A model generated the notes under the pieces. That model was given only the letters and a program-made list of their open reading frames with translations, was not told where the DNA came from and searched no databases. The position numbers and the translations under genes are program-made. 34,389 nt of DNA from Octopus sinensis (lineage: Eukaryota), in contig NW_021832068.1 of assembly GCF_006345805.1 (NCBI RefSeq), positions 1 to 34,389 on the forward strand, read 5' to 3'. Of the stretch, positions 10,894-20,973 are shown in pieces (position 1 is the stretch's first letter; each line of letters opens with the position of its first letter).

Positions 10894-11284
10894 GTGGAGG
10901 CGCAATGGCCCAGTGGTTAGGGCAGCGGACTCGTGGTCGTAGGATCGCGGTTTCGATTCCCAGACCGGGCGTTGTGAGTGTTTATTGAGCGAAAACTCCT
11001 AAAGCTCCACGAGGCTCCGGCAGGGGGTGGTGGTGATCCCTGCTGTACTCTTTCACCACAACTTCCTCTCACTCTTACTTCCTGTTTCTGTTGTACCTGT
11101 ATTTCAAAGGGCCAGCCTTGTCACTCTCTGTGTCACGCTGAATATCCCCGAGAACTACGCTAAGGTTACACGTGTCTGTGGAGTGCTCAGCCACTTACAC
11201 GTTAATTTCACGAGCAGGCTGTTCCGTTGATTCGGATCAACCGGAACCCTCGTCGTCGTAACCGACGGAGTGCTTCCATCCATC
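10894..11284 (+). mobile_element. tRNA-derived SINE, family A1 (head A + central domain + ACCGACGGAGTGCTTCCA tail)
   Basis: A/B boxes; near-identical copies at 15399-15783 and 31473-31861; lies within (ATGT)n. Central domain may be Nin-like (recall, unverified). Confidence 0.92.
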
Positions 11285-11620
11285 ATGTATGTATGTACGT
11301 ATGTATGTTATGTATGTATGTATGTATGTATGTATGTATGCATGCATGCATGTATGTATGTCTGTATGTGTGCATGCATGTACGTATGTATATATGTATG
11401 TATGCATATATGTACATATGTATATATATGTATATGTAGATATATGTATACGTATGTATATGTAGATATATGTATACGTATGTATAATTGTATGTATGTG
11501 TATGTATGTATGTATGTATGTATGTATGTGTGTGTATGTGTGTGTGTATGTATGTGTGTAAGTATGTATGTATGTAAGTATGTATGTATATATAATTACA
11601 TGCAGGTGTGTATATATACT
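11285..11620. repeat. (ATGT)n/(TA)n compound microsatellite
   Basis: Direct reading. Confidence 0.95.
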
Positions 11621-11801
11621 TAGAAACTGAGATATTTAGATAGGTTTCGGCTCGCATTGAACCAGGCCATGTCTCTCCTATGTTAGAAAATAAAATTTGT
11701 TGTATTCAAATATACATAAGCAGGATTTTGCCCATTTTCAACCCTTTCTTATTTTTCATACGTTTATGTGTGTGTGCATTTTGGTCTTTCTTTATGGAAA
11801 A

Positions 11802-12003
11802 GCAGCACGGATTTTTGTCAGTGAACAGGTCGCGGATTTTAGCGACGAAAATATTTTGACAAATTAAACTTAAATGTTGAAGTGAATCGAACGGCTTTTG
11901 GGTGTTTCTTAAATGGCTTATAAACACCTTCCACCACGCTGCAATTGTTTTCGTTCCAGCTCACGATCTCAGATCAAATCTCTTGCTATGCAAGTACATC
12001 TCC
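11802..12003 (+). mobile_element. Family E dispersed repeat (probable Penelope-like terminus), copy 1
   Basis: Reverse-complement match to 23372-23587; carries the hammerhead-like motif near its start. Confidence 0.75.
11814..11863 (+). ncRNA. Minimal type-I hammerhead-like motif with G3-C8 core
   Basis: TTTGTCA-GTGAACA-G-GTCGC(GGATTTTA)GCGAC-GAA-AATATT-T-TGACAAA: 7-bp stem I, 5-bp stem II, palindromic stem III, UUU triplet ending 11856. Confidence 0.7.
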
Positions 12004-12689
12004 GTAAAATAAGGCTCTACCGTAACTTAATAAAACATCGCCTTCAACAGGCAAATGTATTTCTTTCTGCTATGGTATCTGCTTAGATATTTTTATTTTT
12101 ATGAAAACGCTACGTAACTGAGACATATATCTCTTATCGGATTTCGCTTTCTGCAGCTTAGTTGTTTAGCTTCTTTACTTATGAAAGTTGACAATCGCAT
12201 TTGCTTTTATGCAGGTAATACATACACGTAAACACATACAAGGTTGCATTTCTTAATAGCAATAAAACGACATATTCGAGGCTTGTGAATCAAAATGTCA
12301 AACCATCTGTTTATTTATTGAACGTTTGAACTTTTGCTAATCTCTATTACTGGCTGAATCAGGAATCCAAGTCTCTAAGCAGATACCATAGCTGAAAGAA
12401 ATACATTTTCCTGTTGAAGGCGATGTTTTATTAAGTTATGGTAGAGCCTTCATACCGATATGAAATAACTTTTCTGCGTATCGTTTCCCAAAAAGGCAAG
12501 AAAAATTACCAAATTTCCATGATAAATTATCTTGAAATGACATGTGTCATCTCAAGTAAATATAGTAAAATGGAAACGAAAGGTGTTTTAGGAGAGAAAA
12601 TAAGATTTCTGGCAGGAAATTTTATTACAGAATGAACCGGTAAAAATACTGCCAACAATCTTTCGCAACTATGTGCTATGTTTTCACTG

Positions 12690-13225
12690 ATTATTGGTTT
12701 CAAATTTTGGCACAAGGCCAGCAATTTCAGGGGAAGGGGTAAGTCGATCACATCGACCTAAGTTAAGTTAATTTTTTGGCTCAAAAAGCAAAAAGCAAGG
12801 CCATGAAGGGGGACATGAAGTTATGTACAGGGAGGGTGTTCATGCAAAGAGTTCAGGCCATTTCTGGTCAAGGGAAACTTTGAACTGAGTCGTCGGCATC
12901 TTCACTATCTCGTCCGGCAGCTTATTCCACGGATCTGCAACCCGGACGGAGAAAGCCCCTCTCCTTCGATTGAGATGAAATCGTCGCAGATAGAGCCTTT
13001 CGGAGTGACCCCGCAGCCGACACTCTGGAGCAGGAGTGAAGAACAGCTCTTTAGAGAGGTTACACTTTCCGCTTATGATGTTGTGAGCAAGAATGAGATC
13101 ACCAGTGCTTTACTGGTACTTATTTTATCGACTCTAAAAGGATGTACGGCTAAGTCGACCTCGGCGGTATTTGAACTCAAAACGTAAAGACGGACGAAAT
13201 GCCGCAACGCATTTTGACCGGCGTG
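12690..13225 (-). mobile_element. Family B SINE (tail type 1) split by a CR1 insertion
   Basis: Left part ends ATCGACC at 12758; right part resumes CCAGTGC at about 13102, contiguous in the family consensus. Confidence 0.8.
12759..13103 (-). mobile_element. CR1-clade LINE 3' end (ORF2 C-terminus plus 3' UTR)
   Basis: 13103-12840 is an uninterrupted 87-codon frame plus stop: GDLILAHNIISGKCNLSKELFFTPAPECRLRGHSERLYLRRFHLNRRRGAFSVRVADPWNKLPDEIVKMPTTQFKVSLDQKWPELFA*, with the CR1 GDLI / LRGH / FS.RV..WN.LP / FK..LD motifs; tail TTAACTTAAC. Confidence 0.92.
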
Positions 13226-13329
13226 AGGTGCTTGCATAATCGTGATTTGACGCAAACTCCGTTTCGACTCCACTGTCTTTCATCCAACACAACATTCAAT
13301 GCGTGACCTATGGAGGAATAAATATTACT

Positions 13330-13485
13330 CAAGCACACGGCTGATATTGATTTTATGGCTAACTTCATTGTAGTAGCGTGAAATGAAGTGCTTTGCTTGA
13401 GAATATGACACACCGCACGATCCAAGAATTGAGCATGCCGTCTTATAAACCAGCAGTCGAACACGCCTAACCATTAGGCCGCTCA
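13330..13485 (-). mobile_element. Old tRNA-headed SINE remnant
   Basis: Minus strand GGCCTAATGGTTAGGCGTGTTCG (A-box-like) and TTCTCAAGCAAAGCACTTCATTTCACG; similar to 18978-19240 and to the family D head. Confidence 0.55.
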
Positions 13486-13523
13486 CCTTCAAAAATGCGA
13501 AAGATAAAGGGCAATAAAACGTA

Positions 13524-13678
13524 GGCGCAAGCGTGGCGGTCTGGTAAGAAGCTTGCTTCCCAACCACATGGTTCCGAGTTCAGGGGCCATTGCGTGGCAC
13601 CTTCGGCAAGTGTCTTCTGCTAAAGCCTCGGGCCGACCAAAGCCTTGTGAGTGGATGTGGTAGACGAAAACTACCATC

Positions 13679-13726
<48 letters not shown>

Positions 13727-13746
13727 TGTGTGTGTGTGTGTGTGTG
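13524..13746 (+). mobile_element. Family C SINE 5' half plus internal (GT)n
   Basis: GGCGCAAGCGTGGCGGTCTGG...GGCACCTTCGGCAAGTGTCTTCTGC. Confidence 0.85.
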
Positions 13747-13751
13747 CGTAT

Positions 13752-14103
13752 CAAAGGAGCATTCCGTTACGACAACGTTCCATTTGACAAGAGTTCCGTT
13801 ACGACAACGAGAGTTCCATTTGACCCAATCAACGGAACAGTATGTTCGTTAAATTAACGCGCAAGTGGCTGAGCACTCCACAGAAACGAGTGCCTTTAAC
13901 GTAGTTCTCGGGGAGATTCAAAGTGGCACAGAGTGACAAGGCTGGCCCTTTGAAATACAGGTGCTATTCATTTATGCCAGCTGAGTGAACTGAAACAACG
14001 TGAAGTAAAGTGTCTTGCTCAAGGACAAAGCGTGTTGACGGGAATTGAACTCACAACCTTATGATCGTAAGTCGAAGGCCCTAACCACTGAGCCACGCGC
14101 CTT
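13752..14103 (-). mobile_element. Family D SINE (different tRNA head + A1-type central domain)
   Basis: Head GGCGCGTGGCTCAGTGGTTAGGG, B box GAGTTCAATTCC, CCTTGAGCAAGACAC block, then the A1 domain from ACCTGTATTTCAAAGGGCC; about 30-bp duplication in the tail. Confidence 0.8.
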
Positions 14104-14299
14104 CACACACACACATACGTATTTACATAGAGGTATGTGTGTGTTTATAACTTTTATTCAGAAAAGCTTGACAGCTTCTTAAATGTATTGATCGATCGTC
14201 AGTTTACTGTTAGATTGTCTATATACATACATACATACAATCATATATATATATATAATATATATATTATTTATATATATATGTGTGTGTGTGTGTATG

Positions 14300-14500
14300 T
14301 GTGTGTGTATATATAATCGCTTGACAAACGATGCTTGTGTGTTTACGTCACCGTCACTCAGTAGTTCGGCAAGAGAGAGTGATAGAATAAATACTAGGCT
14401 TACAAAGAATAAGTCCTGTGATGGATTTGCTCGACTAAAGGCGGTGCTCCAGCATGGCCGCAGTCAAATGACTGAAACTAGTAAAAGAATAAAAGAATAT
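14300..14500 (+). mobile_element. Family C SINE 3' half
   Basis: GCTTGACAAACGATGC...GGCGGTGCTCCAGCATGGCCGCAGTCAAATGACTGAAAC-(TAAAAGAA)n. Confidence 0.85.
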
Positions 14501-14626
14501 ATATATATATATTACTTAACATATAAACACACGTTAATGTGCATGTATGCATGTGTGTGTGTCATACAATTCGTGCAGCGTATGCCTTCTCATTCTTGTA
14601 AGTTCAAGAACATGTGATGTAAATGT

Positions 14627-14672
<46 letters not shown>

Positions 14673-14827
14673 CATACACACACATATACATGCATATATA
14701 AACATGTTCTTGTACTTACAAGCATGAGAAGGCAATATGCTGCACAAATTGTATGCACAGACACACATATATATATTATATATATCATGTAGGTATGTTT
14801 ATGTATGCATGTATATGTCTGTGTATG

Positions 14828-14886
<59 letters not shown>

Positions 14887-15398
14887 CATACATACATATA
14901 ATACACTGAAAAAAGATGTAATTACTTTGCAAAGCGCACAACAATTACAGATAACAAACACGTGACCTTTATAGAAATTAGCGAGAAAGGAAAACAACAA
15001 CAGTAAGACTGAACATATTTATATTCATAAACAACATGTTTGCTTATTTTGTTTTCTTATTTGGATATTTATCTGATGACCGGTATTTTCAATTTACTCA
15101 TGTGCGAACTTACGTGGTTTTAATAATAAAGAATTGATTCTTTTTTCCCTTGTAATTATTCTTCATTTATCGGATAATTCTTTAGTCTTTCCGTTTGGTA
15201 TTTGAAAATTATAGGCTGTGTTACTTTATTCATATTAGACCAGGTTGGAAACTAGCAATTATGGCGTTTCTTTAATCTAGCATTGTCTACGTGGCAAAAG
15301 CCCAATGGTTGATCTCTTCTAGTATCAGCTCGGCTGCTGCTGTTTCTTTCACTATTGTTCTGTAGCAGTGGCGGTACCGAAAGTAAATGGTGAAGTGT

Positions 15399-15783
15399 GG
15401 ATGGAAGCACTCCGTCGGTTCCGACGACGAGGGTTCCAGTTGATCCGATCAACGGAACAGCCTGCTCGTGAAATTAACGTGTAAGTGGCTGAGCATTCCA
15501 CAGACACGTGCACCCTTAACGTAGTTCTCGGGGATATTCAGCGTAACACAGAGAGTGACAAGGCCGGCCATTTGAAATACAGGTACAACAAGAACAGGAA
15601 GTAAGAGTGAGAAGTTTGTGGGGAAAGAATACAGCAGGGATCACCACCATCCCCTGCCGGAGCCTCATGGAGCTTTAGGTGTTTTCGCTCAATAAACACT
15701 CACAACGCCCGGTCTGGGAATCGAAACCGCGATCCTACGATCGCGAGTCCGCTGCCCTAACCACTGGGCCATTGCGCCTCCAC
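15399..15783 (-). mobile_element. Family A1 SINE with 10-bp target-site duplication
   Basis: GGTGAAGTGT at 15389-15398 and 15784-15793. Confidence 0.93.
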
Positions 15784-15839
15784 GGTGAAGTGTAACATAA
15801 GACACAAAGAAACGAATTTTAAGAAAGAGTGTAGAAGAT

Positions 15840-16110
15840 TAGATCGGCCCAAGCACTTCAATAATACTTTATTTTATTGATCCCAGTGTGTTCAAAATTC
15901 AAAGACGATCTCGGTGGAATTTGGACTCAGAACATCAAAAATAACCAACGAAATACTCTGCTGTTTCAGCCAATAACCTCTGTAGCAAGGGCGGCTAGTA
16001 GCCGACACTAATTACTAGAGTTAATAATATTGGTTTCAAATTTTAGCACAAGGCCAGTGATTTTTGGTGGTGAGTGTAAGTCGATTGCGTCAACACCAGT
16101 ATTGAAGTGG
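15840..16110 (-). mobile_element. Two degenerate family B fragments
   Basis: Core remnant about 15840-15975 and tail type 1 remnant about 16030-16110. Confidence 0.5.
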
Positions 16111-16211
16111 CATTTTAGATTTCTAATATCGGCAATTATTCACACACACACACACATATACATACACACACACACGCACACTTACGCACACACGCACACA
16201 CACATATATTT

Positions 16212-16255
<44 letters not shown>

Positions 16256-16262
<7 letters not shown>

Positions 16263-16640
16263 GCATCCTTTTGTCTCGAGAGACAATGGAGTTGCGCATA
16301 GACCAATCCAGTCTGGTTTTTGCATTTCATGTCCTCTCCAGTTTTGCGCAGGCCTGGGCTAGATGTAAGAAAATCCTGGGTAGCCCAATCGTCAGGATTC
16401 CTCTCCCGACCTTGCTGACGTGGTCCAAAGGAGTGCAGAGCATTGCGTTTGGTACCAGCTTGGTTGCAGGAGCTGCCGGAAGAATGTCAAGTCGAACACT
16501 AAACCACCTACGGGGCTCCACTCCGGATTTCTTTGAAGGTTGTCTCCTCTCCGTAACCCTGGATAGGGTCCCATACCGGGTACTGTCAGCCCATAACACT
16601 TCCAATCAGTTAAGATCAGAAGCCATGACAGTCTGTGCCT
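16256..16640 (+). mobile_element. Probable RTE-clade LINE 5' UTR fragment
   Basis: GC-richer block with GTTGGCA..TCTCGAGAGACAATGGAGT, GCTGACGTGGTCCAAAGGA, CCAGCTTGGTTGCAGGAGCTGCCGGA and GGGCTCCACTCCGGATT, resembling RTE 5' regions as recalled; not searched. Confidence 0.5.
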
Positions 16641-16998
16641 ATTATTATTATTTTTTTTTTCTTCTTTCAAATTTGCTTCCATTTCTTGCCGAGTGTCTTC
16701 CTGACTCCTAGGGCAAAGAAACTCATAGTATACATTGGTAGGCCATTAAACCAAACTCAGTAGTTCGTTCATTTTTTTTTTCTTTTAAATTAAATTAAAA
16801 TACATGAGCAGCAACAGTTCTCACATCGACAATGCTCTTCTCAATACGTGTGATGTACCAGTTAAGACAATCTTTTGCACTTCTTGATCATTCCTAGTGC
16901 TCCTACGATCACTGGTATTGTAACCGCCTTGAGATGCTACATTTTCTCAATTTCAATGAGTAGGTCTTTATATTTTCCTCAATTTCAATGAGTAGGTC

Positions 16999-17001
<3 letters not shown>
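16641..17001 (-). mobile_element. RLE-type (R2 group: R4/Dong/NeSL-like) non-LTR retrotransposon 3' end
   Basis: KYKDLLIEIEKM*HLKAVTIPVIVGALGMIK, deletion/frameshift, then VQKIVLTGTSHVLRRALSM* (stop 16821-16823); 3' UTR to 16641; (TAA)n at both ends; about 32-bp tandem duplication at the 5' junction. Confidence 0.8.
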
Positions 17002-17063
<62 letters not shown>

Positions 17064-17079
17064 CATCATTATTATTATT
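17002..17079. repeat. (TTA)n microsatellite
   Basis: Direct reading. Confidence 0.95.
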
Positions 17080-17707
17080 GGCGGCGAGCTGGCAAAATAT
17101 TTGCTGTAATGATATTTCTCCCATGCAACTCATTGCTGAATCTGTCTGAAATATATTGGAAAATAGGTCGTTTTCAAAATATTGACGTCCAGGTGGCAAA
17201 AGCAAAGTTTGAAGGGAATAGCAGTCACTTCCTTTGATTTCTTGATAGAAGCAAGTAGAAAATAATACTTGCTGACAAAAACACGAAAAAATTAAAATTT
17301 TGTTAGAAAGTGTTATACGTATTTAAAATATACTCATGACATGAAACGATATAGATTCTTATTAACTGTGAAATAAGTAGAGTTTAGTTTTCTTATTAAA
17401 TTCTGCTGTATTTCGGGTGGGTCATAATATCAATGATAAACACATGCACTGCTTTTATTTCACTTCTTTATTTGTCAGTTGTTTAACCATTTAACCAGTT
17501 ACAATGATCGATTGTTTGAGTAATCATTCAGTCAAATTATCATTCAACCAGGATGGTCAAAGATTTTTCGTCACCATCTGTGACTTCATCAAAGACGTGA
17601 CCGCGCTACGACACAACTGTTTCAGGTCTATCCGTCTTTCTCCTCTTATAAAAAAAAAGACTGAAAAAAAATCCGGTCTATTCGTCTTTCTCCTCTTATA
17701 ATAATAT

Positions 17708-18010
17708 CACGTGATCAAGTGACCGACCAGACCATCAGATGTTTTACACATCGCTGGTCACAATGCGTTCGCATTATTTTAGCCTTCGAATGACGCCACC
17801 CCGCTAGCTAAGCGAGCAGGCCAACAGAAGAAAGAGAGAAAGAGTGGTGAAAGAGTACAGCAGGGAACGCCACCACCCCTTGCCGGAGCATCGTGGAGCT
17901 TTTAGGTGTTTTCGCTCAATAAACACTCACAACGCCCGGTCTGGGAATCTAAACCGCGATCCTACGAGCGCGAGTCCGCTGCCCTAACCACTAGGCCATT
18001 GCGCCTCCAC
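17708..18010 (-). mobile_element. Family A2 SINE with 13-bp target-site duplication (1 mismatch)
   Basis: CTTATAATAATAT 17695-17707 vs CTTACAATAATAT 18011-18023. Confidence 0.9.
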
Positions 18011-18572
18011 CTTACAATAATATAAAAGACAAAAGGCAAACATCCGAAATATCATAAAGTTTGAAGTTGTTGATTTTAATTTCTGATTTGACATTTTCGA
18101 GTTGGCGAAACTACATTATCATCAATCACAACTGGAGATATCTGAATTTTAAATATCAACTTAAATCAAAATCCACTATCTGTGATTCTAAATTGGTTTA
18201 TGTTCTTTCATAACCGTAGTCCTATTTCGGGGTTTTGTTTTCGTTTCGTATCAATTTTTCTCTTCATTTTTCCTTTTCTAATTGAGTTACGCTTTGCGCA
18301 AATTTTTCAGCTCTCTTTTTTTTGCCTTTCCATTTTTCATCTCCATTTATAATCCGTTTATAATATTGAAAAGAAAGAAACTTATCTACAAAGAGGAGTG
18401 TGTCCTATATGTCAAACATGGAAGTAAAAACGATATTTTATGCTACAAATACATGAGTCGCTGCTTCAATTCTTTCTTCTTGCATCAATTAGAATATACA
18501 TTTGTATGTGTTTATTAGTATATGTATATATTATGTGTATATGTTTTTATGCATATATATACGCATACACAC

Positions 18573-18623
<51 letters not shown>

Positions 18624-18643
18624 ATATACACCACACACACATC

Positions 18644-18692
<49 letters not shown>

Positions 18693-18977
18693 TGTATGTG
18701 TGTTTATATGTATATATTATATATTTATAATTATGATCTAGACAGACAGATAGATAGAAGAGAGATAATTATGATATATATCTATATATATATATACATA
18801 CATTTTAGCATTAATATATATGATTTTAAATATACATTTGTATATGTGAGTGTGAGAGAGAGAAAGTGGGAGAGAGAGAGATAGAGAGAGAGTCAGAGAG
18901 AAACAGGGAAAGACAAAGAGAGAATGTGTATCAGAGACGAATAGGGAAAGGCAGAGAGAGACAGAGAGAGTGAGAAA

Positions 18978-19240
18978 GAGCGCATTGCTTAGTAGTTAGG
19001 GTGTTACACTCATGATCGCAAGGTCACGGTTTCAATTCTTCAACTGGGCAGCGCGTTGTGTTCTTGAGCAAAACAATTCATCTCACGGTGTTCTGCGATC
19101 ACTTCGATGTGTGAACCAGTTCAGGCAACTTTGATTTGATAGAAGGAGTGAGTTAATGTACTGCACAAATATTTCATCGCTATAAGCAAATCATTTGTGC
19201 AAGTTGACCAGCAAAAGGTTACAGAACCGTGTTTCTCGGA
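18978..19240 (+). mobile_element. Old tRNA-headed SINE remnant
   Basis: A-box-like TTGCTTAGTAGTTAGG, B-box-like GTTTCAATTC, TTCTTGAGCAAAACA block. Confidence 0.55.
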
Positions 19241-19270
19241 CTACGAGAGATCACCATCATATACAGACAG

Positions 19271-19349
<79 letters not shown>

Positions 19350-19653
19350 AACACAATAGGGATCGTGTATAACAGAATGCAAAAAGGGAAAACATTAGGT
19401 TTGTCCGTGGATAGAAAAGCCTACGGAAAAGACAACGAGAACCTTGGGCAATATCTAATACTGTATGTATATATTTTAATTTGCCTGTAAGGCTGATAAT
19501 CTGCTTACCACTTGTGATGGTATTTTAATAATACCATCCGTATATTTATTTATATATATGTGCATATGTATATATGTATGTATATAAGTATATGCAGTAT
19601 ATAATATATATATATATATATATAATCTGTATGTTAACATATATATTATATAT

Positions 19654-19860
19654 ATCACCTTGATCAGCTTGACCGACCAGTCTGTCAGGCGTCCATTTGA
19701 CACCGCTGGTCACCGCACGCTGTCCACTCCTCTCTGGATCGCACCTTTCGCATCCACGTGATCCCAATCGTCCTCCTGAAATCGTAACTCCACCCGGAGG
19801 TCTTCCGGGTGGTCTTTTCCGCTCGCGCGGGTACCACTCGACAACTGCGTGGGTCCACGG
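19654..19860 (-). mobile_element. RTE-clade LINE 3' end
   Basis: WTHAVVEWYPRERKRPPGRPP, 1-nt deletion, then WSYDFRRTIGITWMRKVRSREEWTACGDQRCQMDA* (stop 19685-19687), typical RTE W..R.GRP..RW C-terminus; (TA)n on both sides. Confidence 0.88.
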
Positions 19861-19959
19861 ATTATATATATATATATATATATATGTATGATAGATATAT
19901 AGATATATATTATATATATTTATTATATATATATATATATTCTATATTTATATAATAAT

Positions 19960-20200
19960 AAATATTAGGGAATAAATCCAAATTTACAGGGAAAAAATCA
20001 GATTTAGGATTAAATCGATTTTATAGTAAAATATATAAAATATTATTCGAGACAAAACCACTATTTTGGCAAAACAAACAGGAAAGACTTAATCAATACA
20101 TAAAATTTTAATAAATAGTCAAAAAAACCGCCACTACATCGTTTTTTCTTGTCTTGATCGACAATCTTCAGGTGGACTTCCAATAATTCAGTGTCAATTA
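19960..20200 (-). mobile_element. Probable Penelope-like terminal fragment
   Basis: (TA)n-flanked AT-rich segment containing the hammerhead-like motif at 20131-20175. Confidence 0.4.
20131..20175 (-). ncRNA. Minimal type-I hammerhead-like motif, canonical core
   Basis: Minus strand CCAC-CTGAAGA-TTGTC(GATCAA)GACAA-GAA-AAAACGATGT-A-GTGG: 4-bp stem I, 5-bp stem II, stem III two substitutions away from the palindrome ACATCGATGT. Confidence 0.6.
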
Positions 20201-20344
20201 TGACACTATATATATTATATATATATATTATATATATACTGGTAATATAATATATAATATATGTATTGATATATACATATGTATATATATAATATACATT
20301 TATATATAAATATTATATCTATAATATATGCATTTATATATAAT

Positions 20345-20390
<46 letters not shown>

Positions 20391-20707
20391 TAAATGTATA
20401 TATATATAATGTGTGTACATAAACATATATAATATATACGTTTATATATATAGTATATATATGTCTGTATGTATACTAAGAGCATTCCAGTACTTACAAC
20501 CGAAATTATGAAGAAATTAAGTTCAATTTCCTGTTTGGCGTCTGGTCACGAATTAACGCATTTCGATTGTTCTAAATGCTTTTGTCTATGTCTAAGAATA
20601 TGAAACACAATTACGAAAACGTCTACGGAATACCTCTGGTTACGAAAAAAAATATTTCCAGATTGCAAAACAAGTTAAGTAAAAATAAAATGATCCTAAA
20701 TCGACAC

Positions 20708-20880
20708 GCTCTCTCTCTCTCTCGCACTCTCTCTCTCTCTCTTTCTCTCTCCCTCTCTCCTCCTCCTCTCTCTCTCTCTCTCTCGTTCGCTCGCTCTTTC
20801 TCTGTTTCTCTCTCTCTCTCTACTCCCTCTCGCTATTCTCTCTCTCTCTCTCCAGCATACACACACACAAATACACACAC
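20708..20880. repeat. (CT)n/(CA)n microsatellite
   Basis: Direct reading. Confidence 0.95.
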
Positions 20881-20918
20881 AAGCAATTATTCTGATCACT
20901 GAATACTGAGCAGCCTGA

Positions 20919-20920
<2 letters not shown>

Positions 20921-20973
<53 letters not shown>

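Noticed and set aside
12100-12160. Minus-strand CCGATAA-GAGA/TCTC-ACGT arrangement as a hammerhead
   Set aside because: GAA is absent and the core has several uncompensated changes.
15083-15135. CTGATGA followed by GAAC
   Set aside because: No stem II, no GAAA and no stem I.
17625-17700. 26-bp direct repeat GGTCTATYCGTCTTTCTCCTCTTATA with a 24-bp A-rich spacer
   Set aside because: Only two units; best explained as a local duplication beside a SINE insertion site.
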